Both the position numbers and the translations under genes were made by a program. 64,000 nucleotides of DNA from a virus. The DNA lies in IMG/VR virus record IMGVR_UViG_3300021170_000008, positions 42,135 through 106,134 of that record. The stretch is one strand, 5' to 3'. The notes under the pieces are model-generated. The model saw only the letters and a list, made by a program, of their open reading frames with translations, made no database searches and had not been told where the DNA came from. Within the stretch, counting starts at the first letter, position 1. Every line of letters begins with the position of its first letter. This document shows positions 54,338 to 63,354 of this stretch, piece after piece.

Positions 54338-54408
54338 TGGGGCTAGCTGACAGAATTGAACTGTCCCTGAAACCATACAAGGGGTTCGGCGCGGCCACGC
54401 GAGCTAGC
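54338..54408 (-). tRNA. Atypical tRNA-Thr(TGT)
   Basis: Short D arm; GAACC-CCTTGTAT-GGTTT; CCA. Confidence 0.6.
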
Positions 54409-54458
54409 ACGCATGTCGAACCGATCATCCCTGATGTGTTCAAAAGCTCCACGGTCTA

Positions 54459-54486
54459 ATCTTACCACTCCCAGGTATCTTGTCAA
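54459..54486 (-). promoter_or_regulatory. Main tRNA-array promoter TTGACA-N16-TAAGAT (extended -10)
   Basis: About 50 nt upstream of the first tRNA. Confidence 0.75.
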
Positions 54487-54592
54487 GCACTATTTTAAGG
54501 GCGGTGTTTCATGTAGGTATAACCAGTACCTTGTCATGCGGCTCTCCCGCAGCACCATGCCGCCCTTCCCCGTGCGTCCACTACGGAGAACT

Positions 54593-55075
54593 TTATACTA
54601 CTGTAATTCCACCCGGACCCGGCTGCTCGGTCGGCAGCGGCGGTAATCCGGATTCGGCCTGCGGCTGGATCTCAATCCCGCTTAGAACCGCATTCCCAAC
54701 CGTTGCCGTAAACTGCATCGATAGATTCCCGTTTGTAACAATCGCCGGTACCGTCAGCGTATACGGGACCATCAGTCCAGCCAGCGCAAACAAATCAATA
54801 ACTTGCGTCAGTAGTCCATTAACCATGATGGTGAATCTTCGCTGACCTGGACCGGTCTTGTTTGGCTCTAAAAATAACAAGTTTACGATATAAAAGCCGT
54901 TCGAAGTCACATACGACGCTGTGAATGCCGGGCCATAGCGCAGCGTCTGATAGACGCCAGATTGATTCCCCATATTTGGATCGTTAGCCGGTCCCCACAA
55001 CGTCCCGCTACAACCGAAGTCTGCGACATAATTCCCTACCGCAGGCCCACCGATGTTCACCAGCAGCGGGTCCAA
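54593..55075 (-). CDS. Malectin-domain protein
   Basis: VYQTLRYG, Y.VNLLFLE, GQRRFTIMVNG, IDLFALAG, NAVLSGIEI. Confidence 0.8.
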   Translation of the reverse strand: MDPLLVNIGGPAVGNYVADFGCSGTLWGPANDPNMGNQSGVYQTLRYGPAFTASYVTSNGFYIVNLLFLEPNKTGPGQRRFTIMVNGLLTQVIDLFALAGLMVPYTLTVPAIVTNGNLSMQFTATVGNAVLSGIEIQPQAESGLPPLPTEQPGPGGITVV

Positions 55076-55609
55076 CTACGATCTCCCGAGAGCACTACCA
55101 ACCCAGCATCCACCAACCGGCACTGTTATTTCCTGTGGTAGCTCTAACGCACGTAGACGCGCCGCTGGTGCCGTCGGCGTCGCCGGAGCTAGTTTGGTAG
55201 CAAGCCAGTGCGCGAGCAGTCCAGCGCCTGCAGAAACCGTCACCGCCATGGTTTTCTCACTAGGAGGCATCTTCACGCTGCCGGTTATAAATGCTCCAGC
55301 TAGGCTAGCTAGCTCGGCGGTATCTGCGCTGATCTCTGCTAGGGATTTCCGTACCGTCAAAAGATCAATCGACCCAGGCGAAAACAGGGACTGATTGTTG
55401 AGTGCGGCAGCCTGGATTACTTCACTTGACGACACGCGAGTCCCTACTGAGGCGCACACTCGGACATCTTTTACAACGACACCAGGGATGCCGCGATCTA
55501 AAAATGTCCGACGCGCCGTGCGTGGTCCGTTAGAGACCGTGACAGTAACCTGAGCCAATGCCGGAATTGTCAATGCCCCGAATAGCGCGAAGATGAAACG
55601 GCAGATCAC
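55076..55609 (-). CDS. Secreted/membrane protein
   Basis: Signal peptide ending ALA-Q. Confidence 0.6.
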   Translation of the reverse strand: MICRFIFALFGALTIPALAQVTVTVSNGPRTARRTFLDRGIPGVVVKDVRVCASVGTRVSSSEVIQAAALNNQSLFSPGSIDLLTVRKSLAEISADTAELASLAGAFITGSVKMPPSEKTMAVTVSAGAGLLAHWLATKLAPATPTAPAARLRALELPQEITVPVGGCWVGSALGRS

Positions 55610-56115
55610 TTCTTGGGTGCTGGCTGAGAGACTTTCGGCAATGCCTTTATGGCGACGACAGTCTGCTGAGCCTTTGTGCGTAGCATCTCAAACTTGGCTA
55701 CATCGGCGTTGCTGAGCTTCGCCGCTCTGGCGGCTGGGACTGCACCGACTACCGGAGCGGGATTAGCAGCTAAATAGTTCACAACATCCTGAGCTATAAG
55801 CGCCACGATGTTGGCCACGGCCTGCGGAATTCCAGGCGGCAGCGTCGGAGCGATTTGTTTTGCGAGACATCCAGCGATAGTCGCCAGTTGCGTTGGGTTA
55901 GGCGCACCAGACACACTCCCGATGCAGTCCGCCACAGCCGCTATGTAGGCGGGAACTTGCGGCGGGATAGGGACGCCTGCTGCCTGAAGTATTGGGACTG
56001 CGGCGGCAGTTGAGTCCACAACGGCTTGGAGAACATTGAGGGTACCGCACGAGGCCAGCGCCATCGCCAGCGAGATCGTGAGTAGGACCGCAATCGGAGC
56101 CCGTGCTTTGATCAT
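55606..56115 (-). CDS. Putative lipoprotein
   Basis: Lipobox LASC. Confidence 0.65.
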   Translation of the reverse strand: MIKARAPIAVLLTISLAMALASCGTLNVLQAVVDSTAAAVPILQAAGVPIPPQVPAYIAAVADCIGSVSGAPNPTQLATIAGCLAKQIAPTLPPGIPQAVANIVALIAQDVVNYLAANPAPVVGAVPAARAAKLSNADVAKFEMLRTKAQQTVVAIKALPKVSQPAPKK

Positions 56116-56432
56116 AATGTCACCGGATGCGTGCTCGAATACCAGTCTTGATATGCTTGCGGTGTGTTCATCGGCAACTGCTTAAGTAGAATGATGCCGT
56201 ACCACGCCTTAAATGCGTCGATGGTCTGCTGAATAACGGATGCCGCTGCCGAGCTACCTGGGAAAGCAATCCCAAAAGCTACGGCCTCCTGCGTCAGATT
56301 AGCAGCAAACTGATCTGGCGTAGGCGGGAGAATGCGGTCGCTTCCGACCTGAAACCCCTGCGTCCACTGCAAAAGCTGGTCCGCCATCATATCGGCGAAA
56401 CTAGCGTAAAACGTGCTTGGCGTTGTTGCCAT
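56112..56432 (-). CDS. Hypothetical protein
   Basis: Coupled ORF. Confidence 0.6.
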   Translation of the reverse strand: MATTPSTFYASFADMMADQLLQWTQGFQVGSDRILPPTPDQFAANLTQEAVAFGIAFPGSSAAASVIQQTIDAFKAWYGIILLKQLPMNTPQAYQDWYSSTHPVTL

Positions 56433-56435
56433 TTA

Positions 56436-57170
56436 TTATTCTCCCCTTTGTCTCTGAGATTTCCATTGATTTGACAACTCCGGCGTTAACGGAAGCGTCA
56501 TATTATCTTCACCAGCGCCTTGAGGTTCTTTCCCGAGCGGGAAGCCGGTTGATTCTAACCCTATAGCGTTGCTCAAATCTCCAGGCCGATTCATCGTCGG
56601 CGGCATCTTCGGTACTAGCACTCGCGGCGTTTTTGTGTACATCGATTCCGCTTGCTTAATGATGTCTACGGTAAGCTCATCCGCATCCAGGCGCTTGTCG
56701 GTTGTCGAAATTTTGACTGCCGGTCCAATACGCTGCCCAGATTGATCCGTCATCGGAGCTTCTGGCTGTTGATAAATAATTTGAACAAAACCTAAGTCTC
56801 CTGGAGCCGCCTGAACAAATTTCTGGATCTGGAATGGCACATTAAAACCTTGTGGCTGCACACTCAGCAGACTTGGCATTTGATCTCTTGCGAAGGCGGC
56901 AAGTTGTTCTTTTGTCCAGATTTCTACTAGCCGTCCGTCGTTAGTATTATCGGCTGACGAAAGTCTCTGCGAAATATCCGTCTGAAGATTTTGGACTTGC
57001 TTAGTCGGCGGCGTTTCTATCAGCACGGCCTTACCTGAACTACCCATGACAGCCTCTAAATCCTGCATAGCTCCTATTAGTTGATCGACTACCTCTTCTA
57101 GCCCTAGCTTCTTCCCGCTACACCGAGAGAGAACGCGGACCATAACGGGCCTAAACTCTTCAGGTTTCAT
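56436..57170 (-). CDS. Hypothetical protein
   Basis: ATG 57170 follows the upstream stop. Confidence 0.6.
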   Translation of the reverse strand: MKPEEFRPVMVRVLSRCSGKKLGLEEVVDQLIGAMQDLEAVMGSSGKAVLIETPPTKQVQNLQTDISQRLSSADNTNDGRLVEIWTKEQLAAFARDQMPSLLSVQPQGFNVPFQIQKFVQAAPGDLGFVQIIYQQPEAPMTDQSGQRIGPAVKISTTDKRLDADELTVDIIKQAESMYTKTPRVLVPKMPPTMNRPGDLSNAIGLESTGFPLGKEPQGAGEDNMTLPLTPELSNQWKSQRQRGE

Positions 57171-57172
57171 AC

Positions 57173-57667
57173 TTACCCCAACTCGAACGCTGATGCGCCG
57201 ACGACCATCTTTTGTTCTTCTTCTAAGATCCGTGCGAGCGCCGACTCCATAGTCAACCCCGGAGTTGTCTGCATCATTTCCTGCGCCCTCCAAGCAAAAT
57301 CCTTCCGTTCATCCGGGGGCATTTCAAACCCGCGTACATCGTCCTTTTTGAAGATCGCCTCCCGCAGAGCTTTGATCTCTCGGCGCAGGGCTGTAATCTC
57401 AACGACCTGGGCGGCACATAGCTTACCTAATCCCTCCGTTAAACGCGGCAGATCCTTAAGTGAGCCGGTAGCGGTAATAAGCACTTCTGAGTATTTATCA
57501 ATACTTTCCGTGTTGGCGGATAGCGCTTCAACCATAGCCAGTGCCGTCTGCGCCTGGGCTGTGGACCGCTGGGCATTGCGCCGATAGAGCAGAACACCCA
57601 CAGTTACGATTCCAGCCAGGACGATAGTCCCAAGTATTGATATAAGTACAGCCTCTAACGTGCTCAC
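57173..57667 (-). CDS. Membrane-anchored coiled-coil protein
   Basis: N-terminal TM helix. Confidence 0.6.
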   Translation of the reverse strand: MSTLEAVLISILGTIVLAGIVTVGVLLYRRNAQRSTAQAQTALAMVEALSANTESIDKYSEVLITATGSLKDLPRLTEGLGKLCAAQVVEITALRREIKALREAIFKKDDVRGFEMPPDERKDFAWRAQEMMQTTPGLTMESALARILEEEQKMVVGASAFELG

Positions 57668-57716
57668 CGGTATAGGGTTCCTTGATTTTTGACCTACAAC
57701 ATGCTAAGCTAGTTCC

Positions 57717-57950
57717 GTGAAAAAAGCAAGGCCCGCGAACAGGGCCAAGGATATGGAGACGGACGGGGAGATGACAGGCAAAAAACTTGGACGCAGGCCA
57801 TTGCCGGAGGGGCAGCGCAGGATACAGTTCGGTACTAGGATCGCACCAGCTACACTCGATGGCCTCAAGGCCATAGCTGGGTCAAATGGAAATAACCTGG
57901 GGCGCGTAATCGACGAGCTTGTAGCGGCAGCTAGGGCTAAATCTCGATAG
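57717..57950 (+). CDS. Ribbon-helix-helix-like regulator
   Basis: GRRPLP..IQFGTRI..TLDGLK..LGRVIDELV. Confidence 0.6.
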   Translation: MKKARPANRAKDMETDGEMTGKKLGRRPLPEGQRRIQFGTRIAPATLDGLKAIAGSNGNNLGRVIDELVAAARAKSR

Positions 57951-58497
57951 ATCTTTTTGGGGGTGTATCGGCGCAGGCGAGATCTTTTGATGTCACCGGC
58001 GCTGGTTCGGTATTGCTTATACTACCTGCCGCCATATCTACACCCATCACCGCATACTGCGGGTTCCCTGATGGCCACATCTCAACAATCGATTTAATGT
58101 TACCGCCGTCATCCGTAAGGGTATAGTACTGCGATGCGGCTCCCTCCGGGAACGTGACTGAGACGTTAGATAAGTAACGCTTATATGGCGGTAATGGAGT
58201 CCAATCAGCACTCGTCAACGGCGTCGTAACTAATTTCACGTCGCTAGCCTTAAACTGATAGGGCTCAGCCTCTACCCCGGTAAGTCCTCCAAGGCGCTCC
58301 AACGCACTCCAACTTACATTAAATTGATCTACGTAGATCTTTCCCGCCGGTATCCGGAATGTCACCGACACGTCTGCCGTAGTCCCGTTGCGCTGAAGGA
58401 CTTCCGCCTTCATAACTTCAGCGGTCGTAGACGACATGCGCTGTTCGTTCAGAAAGAACGCCAGCCCAGGCGTGATTTGTAGGGCGATGATCTCCAT
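57937..58497 (-). CDS. Hypothetical protein
   Basis: ORF in operon. Confidence 0.55.
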   Translation of the reverse strand: MEIIALQITPGLAFFLNEQRMSSTTAEVMKAEVLQRNGTTADVSVTFRIPAGKIYVDQFNVSWSALERLGGLTGVEAEPYQFKASDVKLVTTPLTSADWTPLPPYKRYLSNVSVTFPEGAASQYYTLTDDGGNIKSIVEMWPSGNPQYAVMGVDMAAGSISNTEPAPVTSKDLACADTPPKRSIEI

Positions 58498-58501
58498 TTG
58501 A

Positions 58502-58720
58502 TTACAACTCGATAGCTCTACTTCCGCCATTAGCTCTGATGTCCGCTATGCTGATTGCTTGCGGCGATAGACCCATCATTCGGTCCTCAATTTCCCGTAG
58601 AGTACGCGCCGAGTTTTCGTACCGTTCGCCAAGCGTTAACAAAATAGCCGGGTTAGTCCTACCCCTTTTTCTGCCGCGCTTTGACCTCATCTTGCGTCGA
58701 TAGGCAACTTCACCGATCAT
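58502..58720 (-). CDS. Hypothetical protein
   Basis: C-terminus IRANGGSRAIEL shared with upstream gene. Confidence 0.55.
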   Translation of the reverse strand: MIGEVAYRRKMRSKRGRKRGRTNPAILLTLGERYENSARTLREIEDRMMGLSPQAISIADIRANGGSRAIEL

Positions 58721-59232
58721 AGTTCGATAGCGCGTTTCCCGCCGTTGGCGCGGACTTCGGCTGGATCCACAGTTGGCTCTTCTGGTTTCATACTGGCGAC
58801 CTTGGACATCGCCTCCTGGATCTGTGCTTGCTTTGCGGTCTGTTCCATCTGGCGGATCTGCTCCCAGTAGCGCCGCTCCATAAGCTGGCGGACATCTTCT
58901 GCGGTTGTCTCTGGCTGCGGCGGCACCCAGATCCCAGTAGTCGTTAGAGTGGGATAGGTGATCGTGTTCGGCGAAACGTAGACGTTCTGGAGAGAGCCCC
59001 AGCCGGTGACGCTCTCGGCATTATTCGAAAGATTCGAAAGCGAGTTATTCGAAGCCGTCTGCGCCTGCTGCTGACCGGCCCACTCCGCGAACCCTACAGC
59101 GCTGACGGCGTTCTCGCTTCCGTCCGTCAATCCATTCATGAAAGATCCTAGCATATACCGTGCTCCCATGGCTGATGCTTTCCCCATGTGGGCATCATGA
59201 CGCATATCGACCAATACGTCAAGCAAAAACAA
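58717..59232 (-). CDS. Hypothetical protein
   Basis: C-terminus VRANGGKRAIEL; start uncertain. Confidence 0.55.
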   Translation of the reverse strand: MFLLDVLVDMRHDAHMGKASAMGARYMLGSFMNGLTDGSENAVSAVGFAEWAGQQQAQTASNNSLSNLSNNAESVTGWGSLQNVYVSPNTITYPTLTTTGIWVPPQPETTAEDVRQLMERRYWEQIRQMEQTAKQAQIQEAMSKVASMKPEEPTVDPAEVRANGGKRAIEL

Positions 59233-59280
59233 ATCGCCACCGCCCAGACAGGCACGGTGGCGATAGGCTCCGTGACAGGA

Positions 59281-59574
59281 TTACGGTTTGCGCGGGCCAG
59301 CCGGAGGCGGAACCACCGGGACCGGCGTTCCCGGAGGCGTGGTGTTGATCGCGGTCAACTGCGCCTGGATCTGCGTGGTCTGCGCCTGGATGGCATCCAG
59401 CGTAGCCTGATCGGCGGGGGTGATATCCCCAGGCGAGTTCTGGAGCGTGGTGATCAGGGCATCCAGAGCCGCGACACCGGTTGCGATGTTGTTAATCGCC
59501 GTGACCAAACTGTTCAAAACGCTAGTTTCGGCGGCTGCGAACGCCTGAATAGCTGCTGAGTTTGTGACTGACAT
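59281..59574 (-). CDS. Helical hypothetical protein
   Basis: SD AAGGAG; ITPADQATLD motif. Confidence 0.65.
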   Translation of the reverse strand: MSVTNSAAIQAFAAAETSVLNSLVTAINNIATGVAALDALITTLQNSPGDITPADQATLDAIQAQTTQIQAQLTAINTTPPGTPVPVVPPPAGPRKP

Positions 59575-59640
59575 TAAATTTCTCCTTATTAGTTTGAGTA
59601 ATTGTTCTTTCAGAGATTGTGACATGATCTCCGATTTCTT

Positions 59641-59937
59641 TCAAGAGCCAGGAGGCTTAGTTGAGATTGCGTTTGCCTCGTCGAGCGCGGCCTTAGTCTG
59701 AGCTTGCAGGTCATCGAGCGCCTTTTGATCCTCTGGCGTGATAGCCGAGCCAGTACCCGACATCCCTAAGAATGCAGATATCGATTCCAGTTGAGTCTGA
59801 ATTGAGTCCTGGCCCTTTTGGGCGAGGGTTTGATTGCTGATGATCTCATCTAGTTTTTTAACTATGTCCTTGTTGCCGCCATGATTTTCCACGGCATCAA
59901 TGAACACATCAGAAATAGTATTGAAGATACTAGGCAT
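59641..59937 (-). CDS. Helical hypothetical protein (paralog of neighbour)
   Basis: SD AGGAGG; ITPEDQKALD motif. Confidence 0.65.
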   Translation of the reverse strand: MPSIFNTISDVFIDAVENHGGNKDIVKKLDEIISNQTLAQKGQDSIQTQLESISAFLGMSGTGSAITPEDQKALDDLQAQTKAALDEANAISTKPPGS

Positions 59938-61807
59938 TCGGGACCTCCTGGGCGGCGATGGCTTGGGTTCCGGGGGTGTATGTAGAACGTATGCGCTGCG
60001 AAAGCGGTATCTTACGAAGTGCTCTACGTGAACCAATATATGGACGAGCCCGCATCTTCGCGTCTGCTTCTGTCCGTGCAGTCGTCTGCTGCCACCCCGC
60101 ATTGAGATTATTCAAATCCAAAAAACTAATGTAACCGCCTGGAGATAGTTGTAGTGGTGCTGTTAACTTTCCGGTTACTGTAGGCCCCCTGAAGTCAAAG
60201 GGGCCATTAGATCCTGGCTGGAACCAATCCGGAGTAACAAAAGAAGAAACAGGCACACTAGTCCCTGCACCGACCCAACCAGCAGGGATCGTTATAGCGT
60301 ACCCATCCGCATCAGCTTCAACTGCATCGCAATTTTCATAAGCATACAGAATTGAGTCAACCTGCGCTGATAAATTTACATGCGGGTCAATACCCATCTC
60401 GCAATTGTGGACGAACACGCCAGAGCCGATAGCGAAATTGTGATACCTATCCACGGTAAGGTCATATACATCCGCAGTTCCACACGATTCTATGCTCACC
60501 ACCTTATGGTTTACAGCGCCAACACAAAGAGAGCAAGTCGGTTCCGTCAGGCCCCTCGCCTCATGCCACCGCGCATGGAGAGACCTACGCCTGCCTAGGT
60601 TCATCTTTTCCATAGCCTCTGGATTGGACCGCAGAAGATCCATGGCCTTCTTCCCAGCTACGGTAGCAACGGCACGATGCTTCTCGGATTTGTTGTATGC
60701 GGTTATATTCTGGCGAGCAACTTCACGCCGCCCTGGAGCACCAGCTAGTTCAGCTAGACGTTTACGGCCAGCTTCAGATCTTGCCCAGGCCCCTAGGTAT
60801 GCGCCACGCTTTTCGCGTTCTTCTTTAGTATAAAAGCGCTGCATGTCAGACTTGTGCTTCTCGGACTTGTTATAGGCCACCAATGAAGCCTTACCGCGCT
60901 CCCCCATCTTCCGTCTGTTCTCCGGTGAGATCTTACGCGGCGTCCCCTTCGCCTCAAACGCCCGACGATGCTCGTCGATGTGGGCGGCATGGATTTCCTG
61001 ATGAGCCTTCCAAGTAAGTACTTGGATATTATCGGGAGAATTATTGAACCGATTGAAGTCCGCATGGTGTCGAACGTAACCACTGGAGCAGTATGGCACC
61101 ACCATTCTATGCGTGAAAACCCAGCCATCCACAGACGGAATATACACTTGCTCGTATTCCTTGGAATCTTTGTTATTTGGGTCTATTGGCTCTAGACGCC
61201 TATAGAGCGGCATCAAAGAATCTCCGTTAGCTAAACTTGCGGCCTTGCGGTAAGAACCATCGCGCATCAGGAATGGATGGTCCGCCGTACACTTCACCGT
61301 TGATCCGTCGTCCATCGTAACCGTGACAACTTCTCGATGGCCGGTCATCCTAGCGGAGTGAGCCAATCCAGGCCGTAAGCTGCCATCTTCCTTACAGGAG
61401 TAAACCCAAAACTTTTCCCTGCCGACAAGATCCTTAATCTGTACCTTTGTCCCGTCCAGCAGGGGGACTATGGTTTCACCGTCTAGGCATAATTCGTGAC
61501 TTACTGTTCGCTCGATGCTGCTTCCATCCGCTAGTGTCGTCTCGACGAACGCCTGACCGAGAGGGAGGCCCGCAGGGCTGACATCATGGACGCCTAGTTC
61601 TCCAGCCTGCGTGGCGTTATCCATAAGGAAAAGTGTCCAGTGATCCAGACTTGGATTGGACCCAGATGGAGTGTAGTATATCCTTGCATTGAATCCCCAG
61701 ATTGGATAGAGATCCCGAGTTACCTGGATCTGTAATGCGTTCGCCAGGACCGGCAGATCGGCGTCTTTGTAGGCGGTCGATTTGTTAACGATAGAGATGC
61801 CGATCAT
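59930..61807 (-). CDS. Zincin-like (SHELxE..DP) protein interrupted by an intein
   Basis: Extein LGVHD..TVSHEL/CEMGIDP..YENCDAVE..SFVTPDWF. Confidence 0.75.
   Translation of the reverse strand: MIGISIVNKSTAYKDADLPVLANALQIQVTRDLYPIWGFNARIYYTPSGSNPSLDHWTLFLMDNATQAGELGVHDVSPAGLPLGQAFVETTLADGSSIERTVSHELCLDGETIVPLLDGTKVQIKDLVGREKFWVYSCKEDGSLRPGLAHSARMTGHREVVTVTMDDGSTVKCTADHPFLMRDGSYRKAASLANGDSLMPLYRRLEPIDPNNKDSKEYEQVYIPSVDGWVFTHRMVVPYCSSGYVRHHADFNRFNNSPDNIQVLTWKAHQEIHAAHIDEHRRAFEAKGTPRKISPENRRKMGERGKASLVAYNKSEKHKSDMQRFYTKEEREKRGAYLGAWARSEAGRKRLAELAGAPGRREVARQNITAYNKSEKHRAVATVAGKKAMDLLRSNPEAMEKMNLGRRRSLHARWHEARGLTEPTCSLCVGAVNHKVVSIESCGTADVYDLTVDRYHNFAIGSGVFVHNCEMGIDPHVNLSAQVDSILYAYENCDAVEADADGYAITIPAGWVGAGTSVPVSSFVTPDWFQPGSNGPFDFRGPTVTGKLTAPLQLSPGGYISFLDLNNLNAGWQQTTARTEADAKMRARPYIGSRRALRKIPLSQRIRSTYTPGTQAIAAQEVPNA
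60404..61489 (-). mobile_element. Intein (362 aa) with HNH homing endonuclease
   Basis: CLDGET start, CTADHPF block B, VYDLTV..HNF..FVHN/C end; internal THR..RHHADFNRFNNSPDNI. Confidence 0.92.
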
Positions 61808-61810
61808 GCC

Positions 61811-62011
61811 CTAATGCCTTCCGTTAACCGACGGGATGGGGACGTTACTGATGCTGCCTAGCACGCCGAATACACTAAGGAGATATAGGACTACGCAAAT
61901 TATTACGACGACATTGAGGATGTTTTTAATTTTGCCGTCCATCGGGACGTAAGTATTTACTAACCACATAAGGACCCCAATTACAATCAACGTGATGATA
62001 AGTCCAAGCAT
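61811..62011 (-). CDS. Two-TM small membrane protein (Thivi_2564-like)
   Basis: LIVIGVLMWLVNTYVPMDGKIKNILNVVV. Confidence 0.75.
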   Translation of the reverse strand: MLGLIITLIVIGVLMWLVNTYVPMDGKIKNILNVVVIICVVLYLLSVFGVLGSISNVPIPSVNGRH

Positions 62012-62057
62012 TTTTTGTTTCTCGCTTTCGTTTTACTTAGAGTACGCCAACATCCAC

Positions 62058-62435
62058 TTACTCTCCCTCCTTGGGAGGTGACGGATTAGGCAGCGTCGTT
62101 TCCGTCTTTGTTGTTTTTTCATCCGTAACTTTGATCGTCTCCGGGGTTACGTCTATATTCCTATGGCTTTGTTCTGCGGATTTAGTCAATCCAGGCCCGG
62201 TGCCCTGCGGCACGGCTACCACCATAGTGCTGTTGCCCTGCATCATATTGATAGCAGAGATTCTTTGACCTACGGTGTATTTAATAATACCTAGTACCCA
62301 CTGTCCCCATACATTCTTCGGGGTCGGCGCAGTATTGACTGCATGAGCCACTATCCCAAGGGCCGTAGAGCCCGCAAAGAAAGTAATAAAATGCTCCCAA
62401 CTAATTACCGGATCGGCTAGTGCCGCCAACATCAT
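62058..62435 (-). CDS. Putative holin-like membrane protein
   Basis: Hydrophobic N-terminal half; lysis region. Confidence 0.45.
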   Translation of the reverse strand: MMLAALADPVISWEHFITFFAGSTALGIVAHAVNTAPTPKNVWGQWVLGIIKYTVGQRISAINMMQGNSTMVVAVPQGTGPGLTKSAEQSHRNIDVTPETIKVTDEKTTKTETTLPNPSPPKEGE

Positions 62436-62457
62436 AATGTGGTTGCTCCCGTTTGGA

Positions 62458-62880
62458 TTATTTCCTCGTTACAAATGAAACCAGCCACCCCACGAGCCCA
62501 CCCAGTAGGGCGCAGAGAGTAGCCAACGCTGCCATGGTCGCCTTGATCCCATCTACCTTGCCGGTATCGCTGGCGTCCTTGAGTTCTAGCCTCATAATCC
62601 TTCCTTCGATTTCTCGGTTGCGCTCTTCAAGCGTAGAGAATCCACGCCGGACTTCTGAGGCTAGATTCCCTATATCTCTCCGAACAGTGGAGATCAGGAC
62701 AGCCGTAACCTCATTGCGCTTGACGTTTTCAAGCTGCCCCTCATTTAACTCTTCATCACTCATTCGGATCGCTCCACATGCGTCGCATAGCCCTACATCT
62801 ATCTTCGACGCAATCTCTTCGATTTCGGAATTTTTCACAATCATCCTTGCCTCCAGACCATCCAGAGGCTGCTCCCGCAC
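62458..62880 (-). CDS. Coiled-coil protein with C-terminal TM
   Basis: Sequence composition. Confidence 0.55.
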   Translation of the reverse strand: MREQPLDGLEARMIVKNSEIEEIASKIDVGLCDACGAIRMSDEELNEGQLENVKRNEVTAVLISTVRRDIGNLASEVRRGFSTLEERNREIEGRIMRLELKDASDTGKVDGIKATMAALATLCALLGGLVGWLVSFVTRK

Positions 62881-62922
62881 TTACCGGTCCATTCCAGTCC
62901 GGTCACTCAGACAACAGTATCC

Positions 62923-63354
62923 CTACTTACCGCTATATATCCTAAGAATCAGACCTACAATAAGTCCGCCACAGATCGCCGCTACGCTTGTAGCTCCTAT
63001 AGTAATGCCGATAATTCTAGACTGAAACTTAGAAAAATCATTCCGTACTTCCGCAACCCTGTCGTTTAGACGGTCCCGCTCAACATCAAACAGGGGGCGG
63101 GCAACGAACGATGATTCCTTAGCCACGGCGTCAGCGTGGGCATGGTTGAGCCGCTCAAGATGCTGCCCTAGCTCGCGCTCATGTAAAGATAGTGCCTTGT
63201 CCCTCTCACGAAGCTCTGCCGTAACAGCCTTGTCTCTTTCCAAAAATTTAGTATCAACTAGTTTATGGAAAGACTCTACGCCAGATTCGAGCCTAGCGAT
63301 CCTCTCTCCTATAGCTGCTCGGTCGCAATCTTCCATAACCCTAACACTGGACAA
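62923..63354 (-). CDS. Coiled-coil protein with C-terminal TM
   Basis: Sequence composition. Confidence 0.55.
   Translation of the reverse strand: MSSVRVMEDCDRAAIGERIARLESGVESFHKLVDTKFLERDKAVTAELRERDKALSLHERELGQHLERLNHAHADAVAKESSFVARPLFDVERDRLNDRVAEVRNDFSKFQSRIIGITIGATSVAAICGGLIVGLILRIYSGK

Noticed and set aside
51336-54452. ORF-track frames across the tRNA genes (e.g. 51336-51776, 54186-54452, also 46472-46819)
   Set aside because: They are translations of tRNA sequence with no protein features.
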